Below, one piece after another: positions 1 to 9,426 of a stretch of 64,000 nucleotides of DNA. The position numbers were made by a program, and so were the translations under genes. This DNA comes from Candidatus Latescibacterota bacterium (GTDB lineage Bacteria; Krumholzibacteriota; Krumholzibacteriia; WVZY01): contig CP070677.1 in the NCBI GenBank assembly GCA_020352495.1, forward strand, positions 3,678,924-3,742,923. The letters run 5' to 3'. Positions within the stretch are counted from its first letter, which is position 1. Each line of letters begins with the position of its first letter. Below the pieces are notes generated by a model that was given only the letters and a program-made list of their open reading frames with translations, was not told where the DNA came from and did no database searches.

Positions 1-308
1 ATTTGTTTCATTCGTACGTTTGCGTACCGGCTCGCACACGCATGGGAGCGAAGGTCATGGCAAGATCGATGCCATGGCGGCGGGTTGGGCAGTTCGCTAA
101 CATGCTGTACAACTGCAACTTACGGGGAAGATCTTAGCGCCCACGATCGCGACGGTCCGGGCGTTCGGGTCGGTCTGCGCCAACCGGATCAGGAAAAACT
201 TGGCCCTCGTGGGTTTAACCGTTTTAGTTGGCAGACTCTTGCTGTCGAAATTCCGACGGTGCGGAGAGGAGTGACTGCAGCGTCCGGGAATAGTAGACGT
301 GACGGGTC

Positions 309-893
309 TTATCTTCGAATGAGTCCGTATTGCGTGACAAAAATCTCTCTGACCTGGCGACCGGCTATTATCGTGGGCCCCGTTCTATCGCCAACCACCC
401 ACACCTTCGCACCTCTGAATCCCAACAAGACCGTTTTGAAATCGCCCTCGACGGCCCACGCAGTCTCGGTCTCGGTAATCAACCATACGTCATCCGGTGG
501 ATACGTGGCGATTCGACCGACGATGGGACGTTCACCGGTTGGAAGCGGAAGAAGATCGTAATACTGGACGGATAGTGCCGGCGTATCACCTTTGACCTCG
601 GGGAGCACTCGTGCGGTTACGGCAAGCTCCATCCCTTCGAGGAGTTTTAGTTCTTCGGCGATCGGTGAGGAGTCGATCATGTAGTTCGTCCCGTCCTTCG
701 CCTCGAGAAGAAGGAGAGTGAACGGTGTGCTGCCCCGCAACGAGACCTTCCCCGTGACGACGATCACGTCGTCCTCTTCCACACCATTTTCTCCTTTTTT
801 ACCTTGCTTGCCCCCACAGCCAGCCACGATTGCTACCGCGAGAAACATCACGAGGAGTAATGGTAGAGTACGAATGTGGTTTGTCCTTAGCAT
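309..893 (-). CDS. hypothetical lipoprotein (signal peptide + lipobox LAVAIVAGC)
   Basis: 194-aa ORF; N-terminal hydrophobic signal ending in Cys (MLRTNHIRTLPLLLVMFLAVAIVAGCGGKQ); no recognisable catalytic motif. Confidence 0.5.
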   Translation of the reverse strand: MLRTNHIRTLPLLLVMFLAVAIVAGCGGKQGKKGENGVEEDDVIVVTGKVSLRGSTPFTLLLLEAKDGTNYMIDSSPIAEELKLLEGMELAVTARVLPEVKGDTPALSVQYYDLLPLPTGERPIVGRIATYPPDDVWLITETETAWAVEGDFKTVLLGFRGAKVWVVGDRTGPTIIAGRQVREIFVTQYGLIRR

Positions 894-944
894 AGTTACG
901 TTCGCTCCCCCGCAACCGAGAGTCGTACGATACGGCGTTGCCCG

Positions 945-2792
945 CTACTCGGTCCTGACAACAATAATCCGCACCAACGAGCCGGTCTGTGTTGCCACGC
1001 CAAATTGAAGCGCCGGGGGCTGGGCGCCGGACACGACATAATAGTCACCGGCGGCGCTTCGAACGGCGCCGGCAAACATCCCTTCCCCTGCATCGCGACC
1101 CGTCACCGTAAGGGGTCCAAAATCGTTTTGAAGATCGAACGATGAGTAGTTGTATGTCGGATCGCCGGTGATACCGCGATCACTCAAATAGAGCGTCGCC
1201 AAAAAATCGCCCATAGACGTGTGAAAACTCTCATCCGTCACGCCCTCGACAGACGCTATGCCTTTTTTCTTACTCCGAACGATGTCTCGATAGATCCCTT
1301 CGCCAAGCTGGTCACCCAGATACCGGAGGAAGAGATAAATCCCGCCCCGTTGCTCGAGCGTGTCGATATAGGGTTGAAGTTCCGCGTTTCCAAGGAGCGA
1401 GTTGTCGGAGGGCACGGCGAGGTAACGACTGGCACGTGCGATGTTTTGTGAATCCATGCCATTGAGATCCTCTGCCATGTGGGCCATTCCCTCTTCGAGC
1501 CACGTCTGCTGGATATAGCTCGGGTCGGTCCCCGTGCCAAGCACGACAAAACGATAGCCATTGCTTATCATATGCTCGAATTCATGAGCCAGTGTTCCCG
1601 GTACGACGCCCCTCACTCCTTCCATTGGAAAGACGTTCCCGTACTCGCCGTTCGGATCCGGAACCATCGAGTAAAAGATCTCCATCGCGTTCGACGTTCC
1701 CGAAGGAAAGATGCCGGGTCCCACATCGTTTAGGAGAACAAAACCGGAAATGAACCCGCTTCCCGCCTGGCCGTCCGGTGTCAGATCGTTTACCCGCGGT
1801 GTGAAAAGGATCACCACGCGACCGTTGCTGTCGATGTCCGTTGGAGTGCCAAAGTTCGCCGTATTGATTGGATAGATCTCGTTGTCGAACTGCTGCCCGA
1901 ATGCGTCGTAGTCTTGTTGTTGAAAACTTCCCGTGGGTTGATTCACATCGCTGTAGATCAGCGCGCGTGTCCCCTCGTAACGGAGATCGGCCGTCACCGG
2001 GCTGAAATTCGACGCCTGGAGAGTGCTGCAATTGTACGGGTCCGTGCAGTTGATTACGAGAAATGTAGCCGTGGGGGGTGGCGCTGCGTGGAGAGATTTT
2101 TGTTTTTGGGGTTCTTGGAAGGGGTCCTTTTTGCCACTGCCGTGTTTCCGGAGATATTCAACGGCCTCCTCGCGCGCACGGACCTCAAATTCGAGAGGCA
2201 GCGTGGGCGTTCCCCGATTCTGATGGACGGCGACCGCATCCGGTTGTGGAGAGGCCGATGAGGTACCGGGTGTCACCTGAAAGTCAAAACGCCCCCCCGT
2301 TGACGTGGCCGATTGAGCCACAACGAGGTATTTCTCGCTTCCCGTGGCAACAGGCACTTCGAATTCATAAGACGCGCCGCCACCCATTACCCAGACATCT
2401 CCGATTTCTCTCTCGATTGTCACATCGACCGTGTTGCTCTTTACACCGTTCGATCTCACATGCATCGGACCGGCATTGGCATTGGCCGGAACGACCACGT
2501 CCATCCGCACACCCGTTGCGAAAAAGGGCGTGACGATGCCAAGCGAGTTATTGAACACCGCGATGTTTTGGGAGGCCGGTGTCGCAAAGTCCTTACCCGT
2601 GATCACAAGCGTGTCACCGGGGGAGAGCGTCGAATCGCTCAGAGCAGTGATCTGTGGGACGACGACTTCAACCTCTGCGGGGTCGTCATCCGAGCACGAA
2701 GAAAGTGCAAACAAACCCACCGCCAAAAGCAGCAATCCTGTTCGGATCGGACGGCCAATAATTCCTTCCAAACGCTTATGATGTCCAGTCAT
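945..2792 (-). CDS. secreted zinc metallopeptidase lipoprotein with N-terminal IPT/TIG domain (HEXXH family unassigned)
   Basis: ORF 945..2864; likely start at internal Met (MTGHHKR, about 2792) before lipoprotein signal LLLLAVGLFALSSC; IPT/TIG-like segment (LVITGKDFATPASQNIAVFNN...VTIE); zincin motif GTLAHEFEHMISNGY. Confidence 0.7.
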   Translation of the reverse strand: MTGHHKRLEGIIGRPIRTGLLLLAVGLFALSSCSDDDPAEVEVVVPQITALSDSTLSPGDTLVITGKDFATPASQNIAVFNNSLGIVTPFFATGVRMDVVVPANANAGPMHVRSNGVKSNTVDVTIEREIGDVWVMGGGASYEFEVPVATGSEKYLVVAQSATSTGGRFDFQVTPGTSSASPQPDAVAVHQNRGTPTLPLEFEVRAREEAVEYLRKHGSGKKDPFQEPQKQKSLHAAPPPTATFLVINCTDPYNCSTLQASNFSPVTADLRYEGTRALIYSDVNQPTGSFQQQDYDAFGQQFDNEIYPINTANFGTPTDIDSNGRVVILFTPRVNDLTPDGQAGSGFISGFVLLNDVGPGIFPSGTSNAMEIFYSMVPDPNGEYGNVFPMEGVRGVVPGTLAHEFEHMISNGYRFVVLGTGTDPSYIQQTWLEEGMAHMAEDLNGMDSQNIARASRYLAVPSDNSLLGNAELQPYIDTLEQRGGIYLFLRYLGDQLGEGIYRDIVRSKKKGIASVEGVTDESFHTSMGDFLATLYLSDRGITGDPTYNYSSFDLQNDFGPLTVTGRDAGEGMFAGAVRSAAGDYYVVSGAQPPALQFGVATQTGSLVRIIVVRTE

Positions 2793-2955
2793 GTGTCCCC
2801 TACCTGTAATGAGTAGCCAGCGGTTAATCGTCCACAATCTAACGGATACCCTCTGGGCTTGCAAGAATTATCCCATATCGTCGGTTTACCCGAAACAGAC
2901 GTGATCCCGTCGCATTTGAAAACGGTTCTGGAGCGCTCGTCACGCGTGCTGAGCG

Positions 2956-2971
2956 GGGCACAGGTTTTGCT
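2956..2971 (+). promoter_or_regulatory. candidate sigma54 (-24/-12) promoter upstream of the activator gene
   Basis: gGGCAC-aggtt-TTGCt matches TGGCAC-N5-TTGC with correct 5-nt spacing; about 110 nt upstream of ATG at 3083 on the same strand. Confidence 0.4.
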
Positions 2972-3082
2972 CGATGCGGAGAGCGAAATCGCGCCCGCAC
3001 CGAGACGCGGAGCGATAAGGAAAGATAAGGATACGGCGGTTTGATCTGACCGCTGGAGGATTCACGGGATAACGAGGACACC

Positions 3083-4498
3083 ATGGAATTTGCAATCCAC
3101 ATCATTGAATCCAGCGACTTCGAGCGACAGAACATCAGGGATTTTACAAAAAAGCTCGCCCATCCCGTGAGGATCGTCGAGCCCCCGGAACTTGACAAAG
3201 GCCGGCCAACGATCGACATCGTCATACTGGGACTGTCGACCGACGAGGATGTTGAACCGGCCCGCGCACAGCTCTCCCGAATCCGCTCGCTGTGTCCCAC
3301 GGCGCAGATCGTACTCTGCACGCCGTCGGATACCGAGGCCCTGGATTCGACGATCATGAGCTTTGGGGCAAGATCCTTTTTGTTAAAACCAATCGAAGAG
3401 AAAACGTTTGTCACACTCCTCAACAAGATGCTCTCCCAGATGCACCGCAGAAAGCAGCGGGAGAAATACGTCAAGGGGTCTCGCAAGACGTCTCGCATCA
3501 GTGACGTCATAGGAAAAAGCGAAGCAATACGACACGTGCTCGCGCTGGTTGAACGCGTGGCCAAGAGCCCCAGCACGTCGGTGCTTCTCCTCGGAGAATC
3601 CGGCACGGGGAAAAGCCTTTTTGCGCAGACGGTCCACGAACAGAGCGACCGCGCGAGCGGCCCCTTTATTGAGATCAACTGTGCAGCGATGCCATCGAAT
3701 CTTCTCGAAAGCGAGCTTTTTGGCTACGAGCCCGGGGCGTTTACCGATGCCAAAGCACAAAAAATCGGTCTCATCGAGCTCGCCGACCGGGGAACACTTC
3801 TCTTGGACGAGATCACCGAGACCGACACGCAGACCCAGGCAAAGCTGTTGAAGTTTCTCGACTCCAAAAAGCTAAGACGTCTCGGTGGCGATCAGGAAAT
3901 CACCGTCGATGTGAGAATCATCGCCGCGACCAACCGCGATCTCCGCGAGGAGGTCAAGGAGAAGCGTTTCCGGGACGATCTGTTTTACCGGTTGAACGTC
4001 GTTGAAATCCGGATTCCGCCGCTTCGGGACCGAAAAGAAGACATCGATATGATCGCCACGTACTACCTGGGGTATTACAAAAAGAAGTTCAGAAAACCCT
4101 ATCTTCACTTTACTCCGGACGTTCAGGCCCTGCTTCGCGATTACCCGTGGCCGGGAAACGTCCGGGAGTTGATCAATGTGATCGAACGTGCCGTGCTTCT
4201 TGGCAAAGACGCCACGATCAAAAAGGTCGATCTGCCAATCGAGAAGAAGCCCGATCCCCACGTGATCTCGTTCTCGACACAATACGACGACTTTGTCGTA
4301 AACCTCCCTCCCGGTGGGATCAGTTTGGACATGATCGAGAAAAAGGTGATCGAAGCCACACTGGTTCAAACGGGTGGAAACGTTCTCAAAGCGTCGAGAC
4401 TGTTGGGAATGAGCCGAGGGGCTCTACGGTACAAGCTTGCCAAACACAAGATCGAGCCACAGACGTTGGTGAGGAAAAAGCTGGTGCCAGCGACCTAG
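3083..4498 (+). CDS. sigma54-dependent transcriptional activator (NtrC/Fis-family bEBP) with atypical receiver-like N-terminus
   Basis: Walker A GESGTGKS; GAFTDA motif ESELFGYEPGAFTDA; RFRDDLFYRLNVV; C-terminal Fis-type HTH (MSRGALRYKLAKHKI); N-terminal roughly 120 aa REC-like but lacks canonical DD/phospho-Asp pocket. Confidence 0.9.
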   Translation: MEFAIHIIESSDFERQNIRDFTKKLAHPVRIVEPPELDKGRPTIDIVILGLSTDEDVEPARAQLSRIRSLCPTAQIVLCTPSDTEALDSTIMSFGARSFLLKPIEEKTFVTLLNKMLSQMHRRKQREKYVKGSRKTSRISDVIGKSEAIRHVLALVERVAKSPSTSVLLLGESGTGKSLFAQTVHEQSDRASGPFIEINCAAMPSNLLESELFGYEPGAFTDAKAQKIGLIELADRGTLLLDEITETDTQTQAKLLKFLDSKKLRRLGGDQEITVDVRIIAATNRDLREEVKEKRFRDDLFYRLNVVEIRIPPLRDRKEDIDMIATYYLGYYKKKFRKPYLHFTPDVQALLRDYPWPGNVRELINVIERAVLLGKDATIKKVDLPIEKKPDPHVISFSTQYDDFVVNLPPGGISLDMIEKKVIEATLVQTGGNVLKASRLLGMSRGALRYKLAKHKIEPQTLVRKKLVPAT

Positions 4499-4547
4499 TT
4501 TTTGAATACGAGCGTCTTTCTCAGTACCGCCGCCACATCTTCGTTGT

Positions 4548-5231
4548 CTACTCGACAAAGAGCCATTTCAACCGGCCCAACGTAAAGTCCTCGGGAACCG
4601 AGAAATCGGATAGGTCATTCTCTGAGACAGACGATGATTGTATCGTGTCGTCATACAAATCGACGATCCGCCAGACCGTTTTACCCTGAGAGGATGTCGA
4701 GCGGATTACGACATCCATGGGGATAAGCAACGCTGTGTAATTCATCGAGCCCGCCTTGGCCAACAGATCGTATCGGACGTTTTTTTTGTACCATTTCTCA
4801 CCAGGAAACTGCAGCGTGTCCCGCGGAGCGATTTCGACCCACGCCGTGTCACCTGCTTGGTAATAAAACGACATGTCAATGCTGCTGATCGGGTCCACGC
4901 GGGGATGGCTATAACTCGGATCGAACATTTTGGCCGTGACGGTGATCTCGGCGGCTCGATCCCACCATTCGACACCGACGTAACCCATGTTGTAATCCCA
5001 GAGGCCGAAATGAAAGATGAAGTCATCATCGAGCAGTCTGTCGTACTCAACGACGTTCCGGTCATTGCAGGCGATTTCGAGATTGAGAAGTGTGTGGTCC
5101 TTTTGAGTGAGGTCTTTGTATCTGGATGGCCCGGGCTTGACCGAATCATCCGAATCATCACCACATCCTACCAGCCCGGCGGCAAGCAGCGCGGTTAGTA
5201 CGATAATACAGATTCTGCTGCTTATTATCAT
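4548..5231 (-). CDS. hypothetical lipoprotein, paralog 2 of tandem pair
   Basis: 227 aa; signal + lipobox (LLAAGLVGCGDD); shares YKDLT.KDH.L.NLE....N.V.YD.LLDDDFIFHF...WRI motif block with upstream paralog; start overlaps stop of 5228..5920 (ATGA). Confidence 0.7.
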   Translation of the reverse strand: MIISSRICIIVLTALLAAGLVGCGDDSDDSVKPGPSRYKDLTQKDHTLLNLEIACNDRNVVEYDRLLDDDFIFHFGLWDYNMGYVGVEWWDRAAEITVTAKMFDPSYSHPRVDPISSIDMSFYYQAGDTAWVEIAPRDTLQFPGEKWYKKNVRYDLLAKAGSMNYTALLIPMDVVIRSTSSQGKTVWRIVDLYDDTIQSSSVSENDLSDFSVPEDFTLGRLKWLFVE

Positions 5232-5920
5232 TCTCCGTAAAGCGCTTTCACACTACCCCATGTTGTTTCTTCCGTGGTGCGATCGAGAGCCCCGGGATCG
5301 GCTAGACGCGCAGCAACTTGGTACTCCGCGTCGTCGCGCCATGAGATGATTCGCCAGATCTGTTCGCCATTCACCTCGTCCATTCGCACCGTGAACGAAG
5401 CCAGGATATTTAGACCCGTGTAGTCAATAGGACCGGATGTGACGATCAGATCGTATCGTACCGTTTTCTCGTACCAGGTCTCGTTGGGATACGTTATCTG
5501 ATCCTCGGGTGTGACCTCAGTCCACCTGTCTTCACCAGCCACGTAGGTCAGTGTGAGATCGATCTTGCTCACCGGGTCGACACCCGGCTTGCTGAAATTG
5601 CGGTCAAATATGTTTTGTGCGGAAAAGATCTCGCGCGCTTTTTCCCACTGCTCGACCGGTACGCGTCCCTCCTGGTAGTCTGCCTGCGAGAAGTGAAAGA
5701 CAAAATCGGAATCCAGCAACATGTCGAACCGGACGAGGTTTCTCTCGATATAGGCCTTTTGCAAATTGAAAAGAACGTGATCCCTTTCGGTAAGGTCCTT
5801 GTATCCGGGAGGGTTTTTTATTGGCGGAATGATTGGGTCGGGCTCCCAGTGGTCGCTGCAGGAAACAACAAAGAGCCCCGCCAGGACAATGATCAGTGGG
5901 GGTACTCGTACGGCTTTCAT
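5228..5920 (-). CDS. hypothetical lipoprotein, paralog 1 of tandem pair
   Basis: 230 aa; signal + lipobox (LAGLFVVSCSD); GGGAGG RBS before ATG; clear paralogy with 4548..5231. Confidence 0.7.
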   Translation of the reverse strand: MKAVRVPPLIIVLAGLFVVSCSDHWEPDPIIPPIKNPPGYKDLTERDHVLFNLQKAYIERNLVRFDMLLDSDFVFHFSQADYQEGRVPVEQWEKAREIFSAQNIFDRNFSKPGVDPVSKIDLTLTYVAGEDRWTEVTPEDQITYPNETWYEKTVRYDLIVTSGPIDYTGLNILASFTVRMDEVNGEQIWRIISWRDDAEYQVAARLADPGALDRTTEETTWGSVKALYGE

Positions 5921-6075
5921 CTTTAAACCTCCCAGGGGGAATCGGAAGGGTTGGTTATGACCCCTGTATTATACCACAGCCGATCGGCGATTTTTGGGTG
6001 ATTTATCAAGGGACTGGATGCGGGGACGTGTCGCGCGCGATCCCTTTCTTGTTACTCTTGCCCCGCCCGACATCT

Positions 6076-9000
6076 CTATTTTAGAAGCACCATCTTCTTG
6101 GTCTTGGAAAAGCCCTTCGCCACCATCATGTAGAAATACACACCACTCGAGAACGGCTCCCCCGTGTTGTTCGTTCCGTCCCACGTCGCCTTGAATCCTT
6201 CCACACGAGTAGTCTGCTCCTCGTTGACCAGTGTCTTTACGAGCTGCCCGGCGACATTGTAGATCTTGAGCGATACATGAGTCTGGTCTTGTATCCCATA
6301 ACGGATCGTTGTCACTGGGTTGAATGGATTCGGGTAGTTGTTGTCGAGATAATTCGCCAACTTTGGCGTTTGACCGATCCCCGTTGGCTCGGGGACCGCA
6401 TTATCCATCCAGAGAAGAATGTCACGTAGGTGGTCCACCCGATCCATCGGCACCCCCGGTCGATCGTCCCCAATAAAGTGATAACTGAATCCCGAGAGAA
6501 TCACACGGGCATCTTGATCGCCTGATTGCGGATCCTCGACGACCTGCGAGATCACGGCGGCACCCAAACCGGGAGCGTATGAGAGTTCGGTCACCGCCGC
6601 CCCTGTCGGCTGTAGCACGTCAAAATCATTGATCACCGGGCAACCGCCCCGGGCGACCAACGTGTCGGGACCAGCCACTAGATCGTCGAATGCCGAACCA
6701 AGTTCCGCGACGAGCAAAGGTGAGATTGCGATACCTTGATTCGTGTGATTACCCGAAACAAGTGTGAAGTTTATATAGGTGTTTCTCATGGCAACGGCGT
6801 TGGCCCCTGCGAGATTATCCCATTCGTACGCGACATCGTCCCCCGAGATGTAGACCCCGGCGTTGCCCGTCCGTTGTTCTAAGAATTGATGCAACGCACC
6901 AAAATCATCCGACTTCTCAGGACCGCTTCCCCCGTTTGGCGGGCTCCCGTCGCCAATCGTCCCCGATGCCAGATCGCCCGAACACCAGATGATTTTCTTA
7001 TAGACGGGGTCCGGATCACCAACGAGCTGGAGCTGGACGTTTTGCACGCGGGACGCCAGGCCGTTCCCAACCACAGACGACGGACCGATCACATCAAAGA
7101 TGTCCACATTCGATGTGAACGCCGTATAGAACGGACCCTTTTGCCGTTCACCCGTGAGGTTCATTAGACCCAAGTCTCCGAACGAAAGATCGAAATAGAC
7201 CTCCGCCGGGCCGCCTCGATCATCCGTGTCGTCGACAAGGAGAATGTCACCCTCGATTTCACGACCACTATCGGGGAGGATCATAAACTCACATGGTTCG
7301 TGGCACACCTCCTCCCAACTGAGCGTCTGGTGTTTCGCACCCTGACCAATACGATATGCCCTCTTGCGGTGCCAGTATGTCGGAAGACCACTGTTTGGCA
7401 CTGCTTCGAAGAAGTAGTAGATCGTATCCCCCGGTACAAAGGCACCGGTGTTGCCGGTCTGATCTTCTACCGTATGCAGACCGTTTGCGATATCCATCAG
7501 GTCGATGCAATACCGATCCGCCACCAACCCGCCGCCGGTGCTGTACACAAAGTCCATCTGGTACTGCCAGTAGGTCCATGGACCACACGCCCGAGTCTGA
7601 CCCGTAAAGGGGTAACGTAGTGTCCCGGTCATTGGATCGCCCGGATATCGTGTGTTGTCCGGTGACTCGATGCTTGTCGGAGTATGACCCGGTGTGCAAA
7701 GGTGTGACCCGACTCGGACCCAGCAGTACACCTGGGGCGGCACGCTCGGATCCGGATCCTCCGCCGGAGGATTGAGCGGCGTGTAGACAAAGCTCGGGTC
7801 ATCGACCTCGACCACCGCCGAGTCCCCAGGAATAATCGTCGGCATGGCGTTTGGCAGCATATCGAAGGCCATATCCGCACGCGCGTGGCTCTGGCACGTG
7901 ATATCACCATCTTCGGGGAAGTTGTCTTGAAACAGATCGAAGTGTCGGACAGACCACGCTGGCCCTTGCTTATCGACACGGACGAGTCTCACATCGTCTA
8001 GCAGCGGCGCTTGACTGTGACAATAGCCATATGTTCCTATTCCGCACCAGTATTCGCACATATCCCAAGCGCCCAGTGCGATCTGAACCATCTCTGCATC
8101 GGGGTCAATAAATCCGCCCACCTGGAACGTGACACGTTTCCAGTCCTTTTGACCGCCATAGTAGACAAAATTGTAATCACGCCACGGACCCGCGCATCCA
8201 TCCACCCAGGAACGAACGTGCCATACGTAAAAGATCATATAGTCCAGTGGGAGATCCCGATAGACATCAAACTCCAGGATTGCCTCCGACGCCGAGGCCG
8301 GTATGGGACTGCCATGAACATCTGTCGACCAGTCCAGTGGGGGGGACCAGATTTCGTTTTTCAGATAGAATCCGTTGCCCGGGGGATAAGGAACTACCAA
8401 TTGTTCGGGGTGACCGCCACAACCGTAGTAGAACGGTGACCCGTTGAAAAATCCCCAGAGACAATACTTCTTGAACTTGCACGGATCCTCTTGAAGCACA
8501 TTGGCACCGTGGTACAAACCGCAGTAATCCCCAAACCCCGACGGCACCGTGGCCATCCAGGTACCATCCGCTGTCACGGTGGCACCCACCGGTTCGTCCT
8601 CAAAATCCTGGTAGTCGATGACACCTGTGGCATCGGTGAGGGTCAACGCATCTATGATCACTGCGCCATCTGTCAGATGAAGGCCATCCTCGTCGGACCA
8701 CCCGCTGTCCGATTCGAACCGAAAACGCATGTGCAGATTATCGCCGATGTCGCTCGAACTCACGACGACGGTATCGGTCAGTTCGCCAATTCCATCGTAA
8801 AAACCGACTCCCCCATTGACGAGGGAGAGCGCTAGCCACCTATCGTAGTTGGTGTCCCAATAGTCGAGATACGTGCGGTCATACCCGGCTTCCGAATCCC
8901 ATCGGATCATGTACGAGACGATCACGTCACCAACCACAGGGATCCCGACACATTCGAAAAACTGTTCCCAGTTGTTTCCGTAACCGGGTAGATCGGTCCA

Positions 9001-9405
9001 ACGACAGTACGGGGATTCGGCAGAGGGTCTTGCGCCACACCAGAGCGACTTCTCCCCCTCGAGAGGAGTAAGCCGCCCAAAGTTCCCCCCATTCAAACCG
9101 GCAAAGTCATCGACGTGGAAGAACGTATCCAGTTGAGTGGTGCGATCGACACCAAACCACCCCTGTGCGTCGCATGTCAGGTCCTCATCTTCAAACGAAT
9201 ATTCGGCGAGGACATAGGTATCCGCCGGAGACGACGTAAAGAGTCCCTCCGGGTATGTTAACAGGCGACTGTCGATATCTGAGGGTGTTTCATAGACATG
9301 TCTCTCGACAGGAGGAGATTTGCCGACGTCGCGTTCGGCGAGAACACCTGGCGTCATCACCAGACACATCGTAACAACGATCCCGCGTAGCACTACCGTC
9401 TTCAT
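6076..9405 (-). CDS. large secreted protein with T9SS type-A C-terminal sorting domain (paralog C of three)
   Basis: 1109 aa; N-terminal signal peptide (MKTVVLRGIVVTMCLVMTPGVLA); C-terminus NYPNPFNPVTTIRYGIQDQTHVSLKIYNVAGQLVKTLVNEEQ...VYFYMMVAKGFSKTKKMVLLK; shares conserved N-terminal Cys-containing jelly-roll-like module and a ThuA/GATase1-like module with the two upstream paralogs; no HEXXH. Confidence 0.85.
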   Translation of the reverse strand: MKTVVLRGIVVTMCLVMTPGVLAERDVGKSPPVERHVYETPSDIDSRLLTYPEGLFTSSPADTYVLAEYSFEDEDLTCDAQGWFGVDRTTQLDTFFHVDDFAGLNGGNFGRLTPLEGEKSLWCGARPSAESPYCRWTDLPGYGNNWEQFFECVGIPVVGDVIVSYMIRWDSEAGYDRTYLDYWDTNYDRWLALSLVNGGVGFYDGIGELTDTVVVSSSDIGDNLHMRFRFESDSGWSDEDGLHLTDGAVIIDALTLTDATGVIDYQDFEDEPVGATVTADGTWMATVPSGFGDYCGLYHGANVLQEDPCKFKKYCLWGFFNGSPFYYGCGGHPEQLVVPYPPGNGFYLKNEIWSPPLDWSTDVHGSPIPASASEAILEFDVYRDLPLDYMIFYVWHVRSWVDGCAGPWRDYNFVYYGGQKDWKRVTFQVGGFIDPDAEMVQIALGAWDMCEYWCGIGTYGYCHSQAPLLDDVRLVRVDKQGPAWSVRHFDLFQDNFPEDGDITCQSHARADMAFDMLPNAMPTIIPGDSAVVEVDDPSFVYTPLNPPAEDPDPSVPPQVYCWVRVGSHLCTPGHTPTSIESPDNTRYPGDPMTGTLRYPFTGQTRACGPWTYWQYQMDFVYSTGGGLVADRYCIDLMDIANGLHTVEDQTGNTGAFVPGDTIYYFFEAVPNSGLPTYWHRKRAYRIGQGAKHQTLSWEEVCHEPCEFMILPDSGREIEGDILLVDDTDDRGGPAEVYFDLSFGDLGLMNLTGERQKGPFYTAFTSNVDIFDVIGPSSVVGNGLASRVQNVQLQLVGDPDPVYKKIIWCSGDLASGTIGDGSPPNGGSGPEKSDDFGALHQFLEQRTGNAGVYISGDDVAYEWDNLAGANAVAMRNTYINFTLVSGNHTNQGIAISPLLVAELGSAFDDLVAGPDTLVARGGCPVINDFDVLQPTGAAVTELSYAPGLGAAVISQVVEDPQSGDQDARVILSGFSYHFIGDDRPGVPMDRVDHLRDILLWMDNAVPEPTGIGQTPKLANYLDNNYPNPFNPVTTIRYGIQDQTHVSLKIYNVAGQLVKTLVNEEQTTRVEGFKATWDGTNNTGEPFSSGVYFYMMVAKGFSKTKKMVLLK

Positions 9406-9426
9406 CTTTCTCGCCCCCTCGGTCCC

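Noticed and set aside
85-561. 158-aa + strand ORF at the window start
   Set aside because: Overlaps the better-supported minus-strand lipoprotein gene (309..893); composition looks like high-GC frame noise with no motifs.
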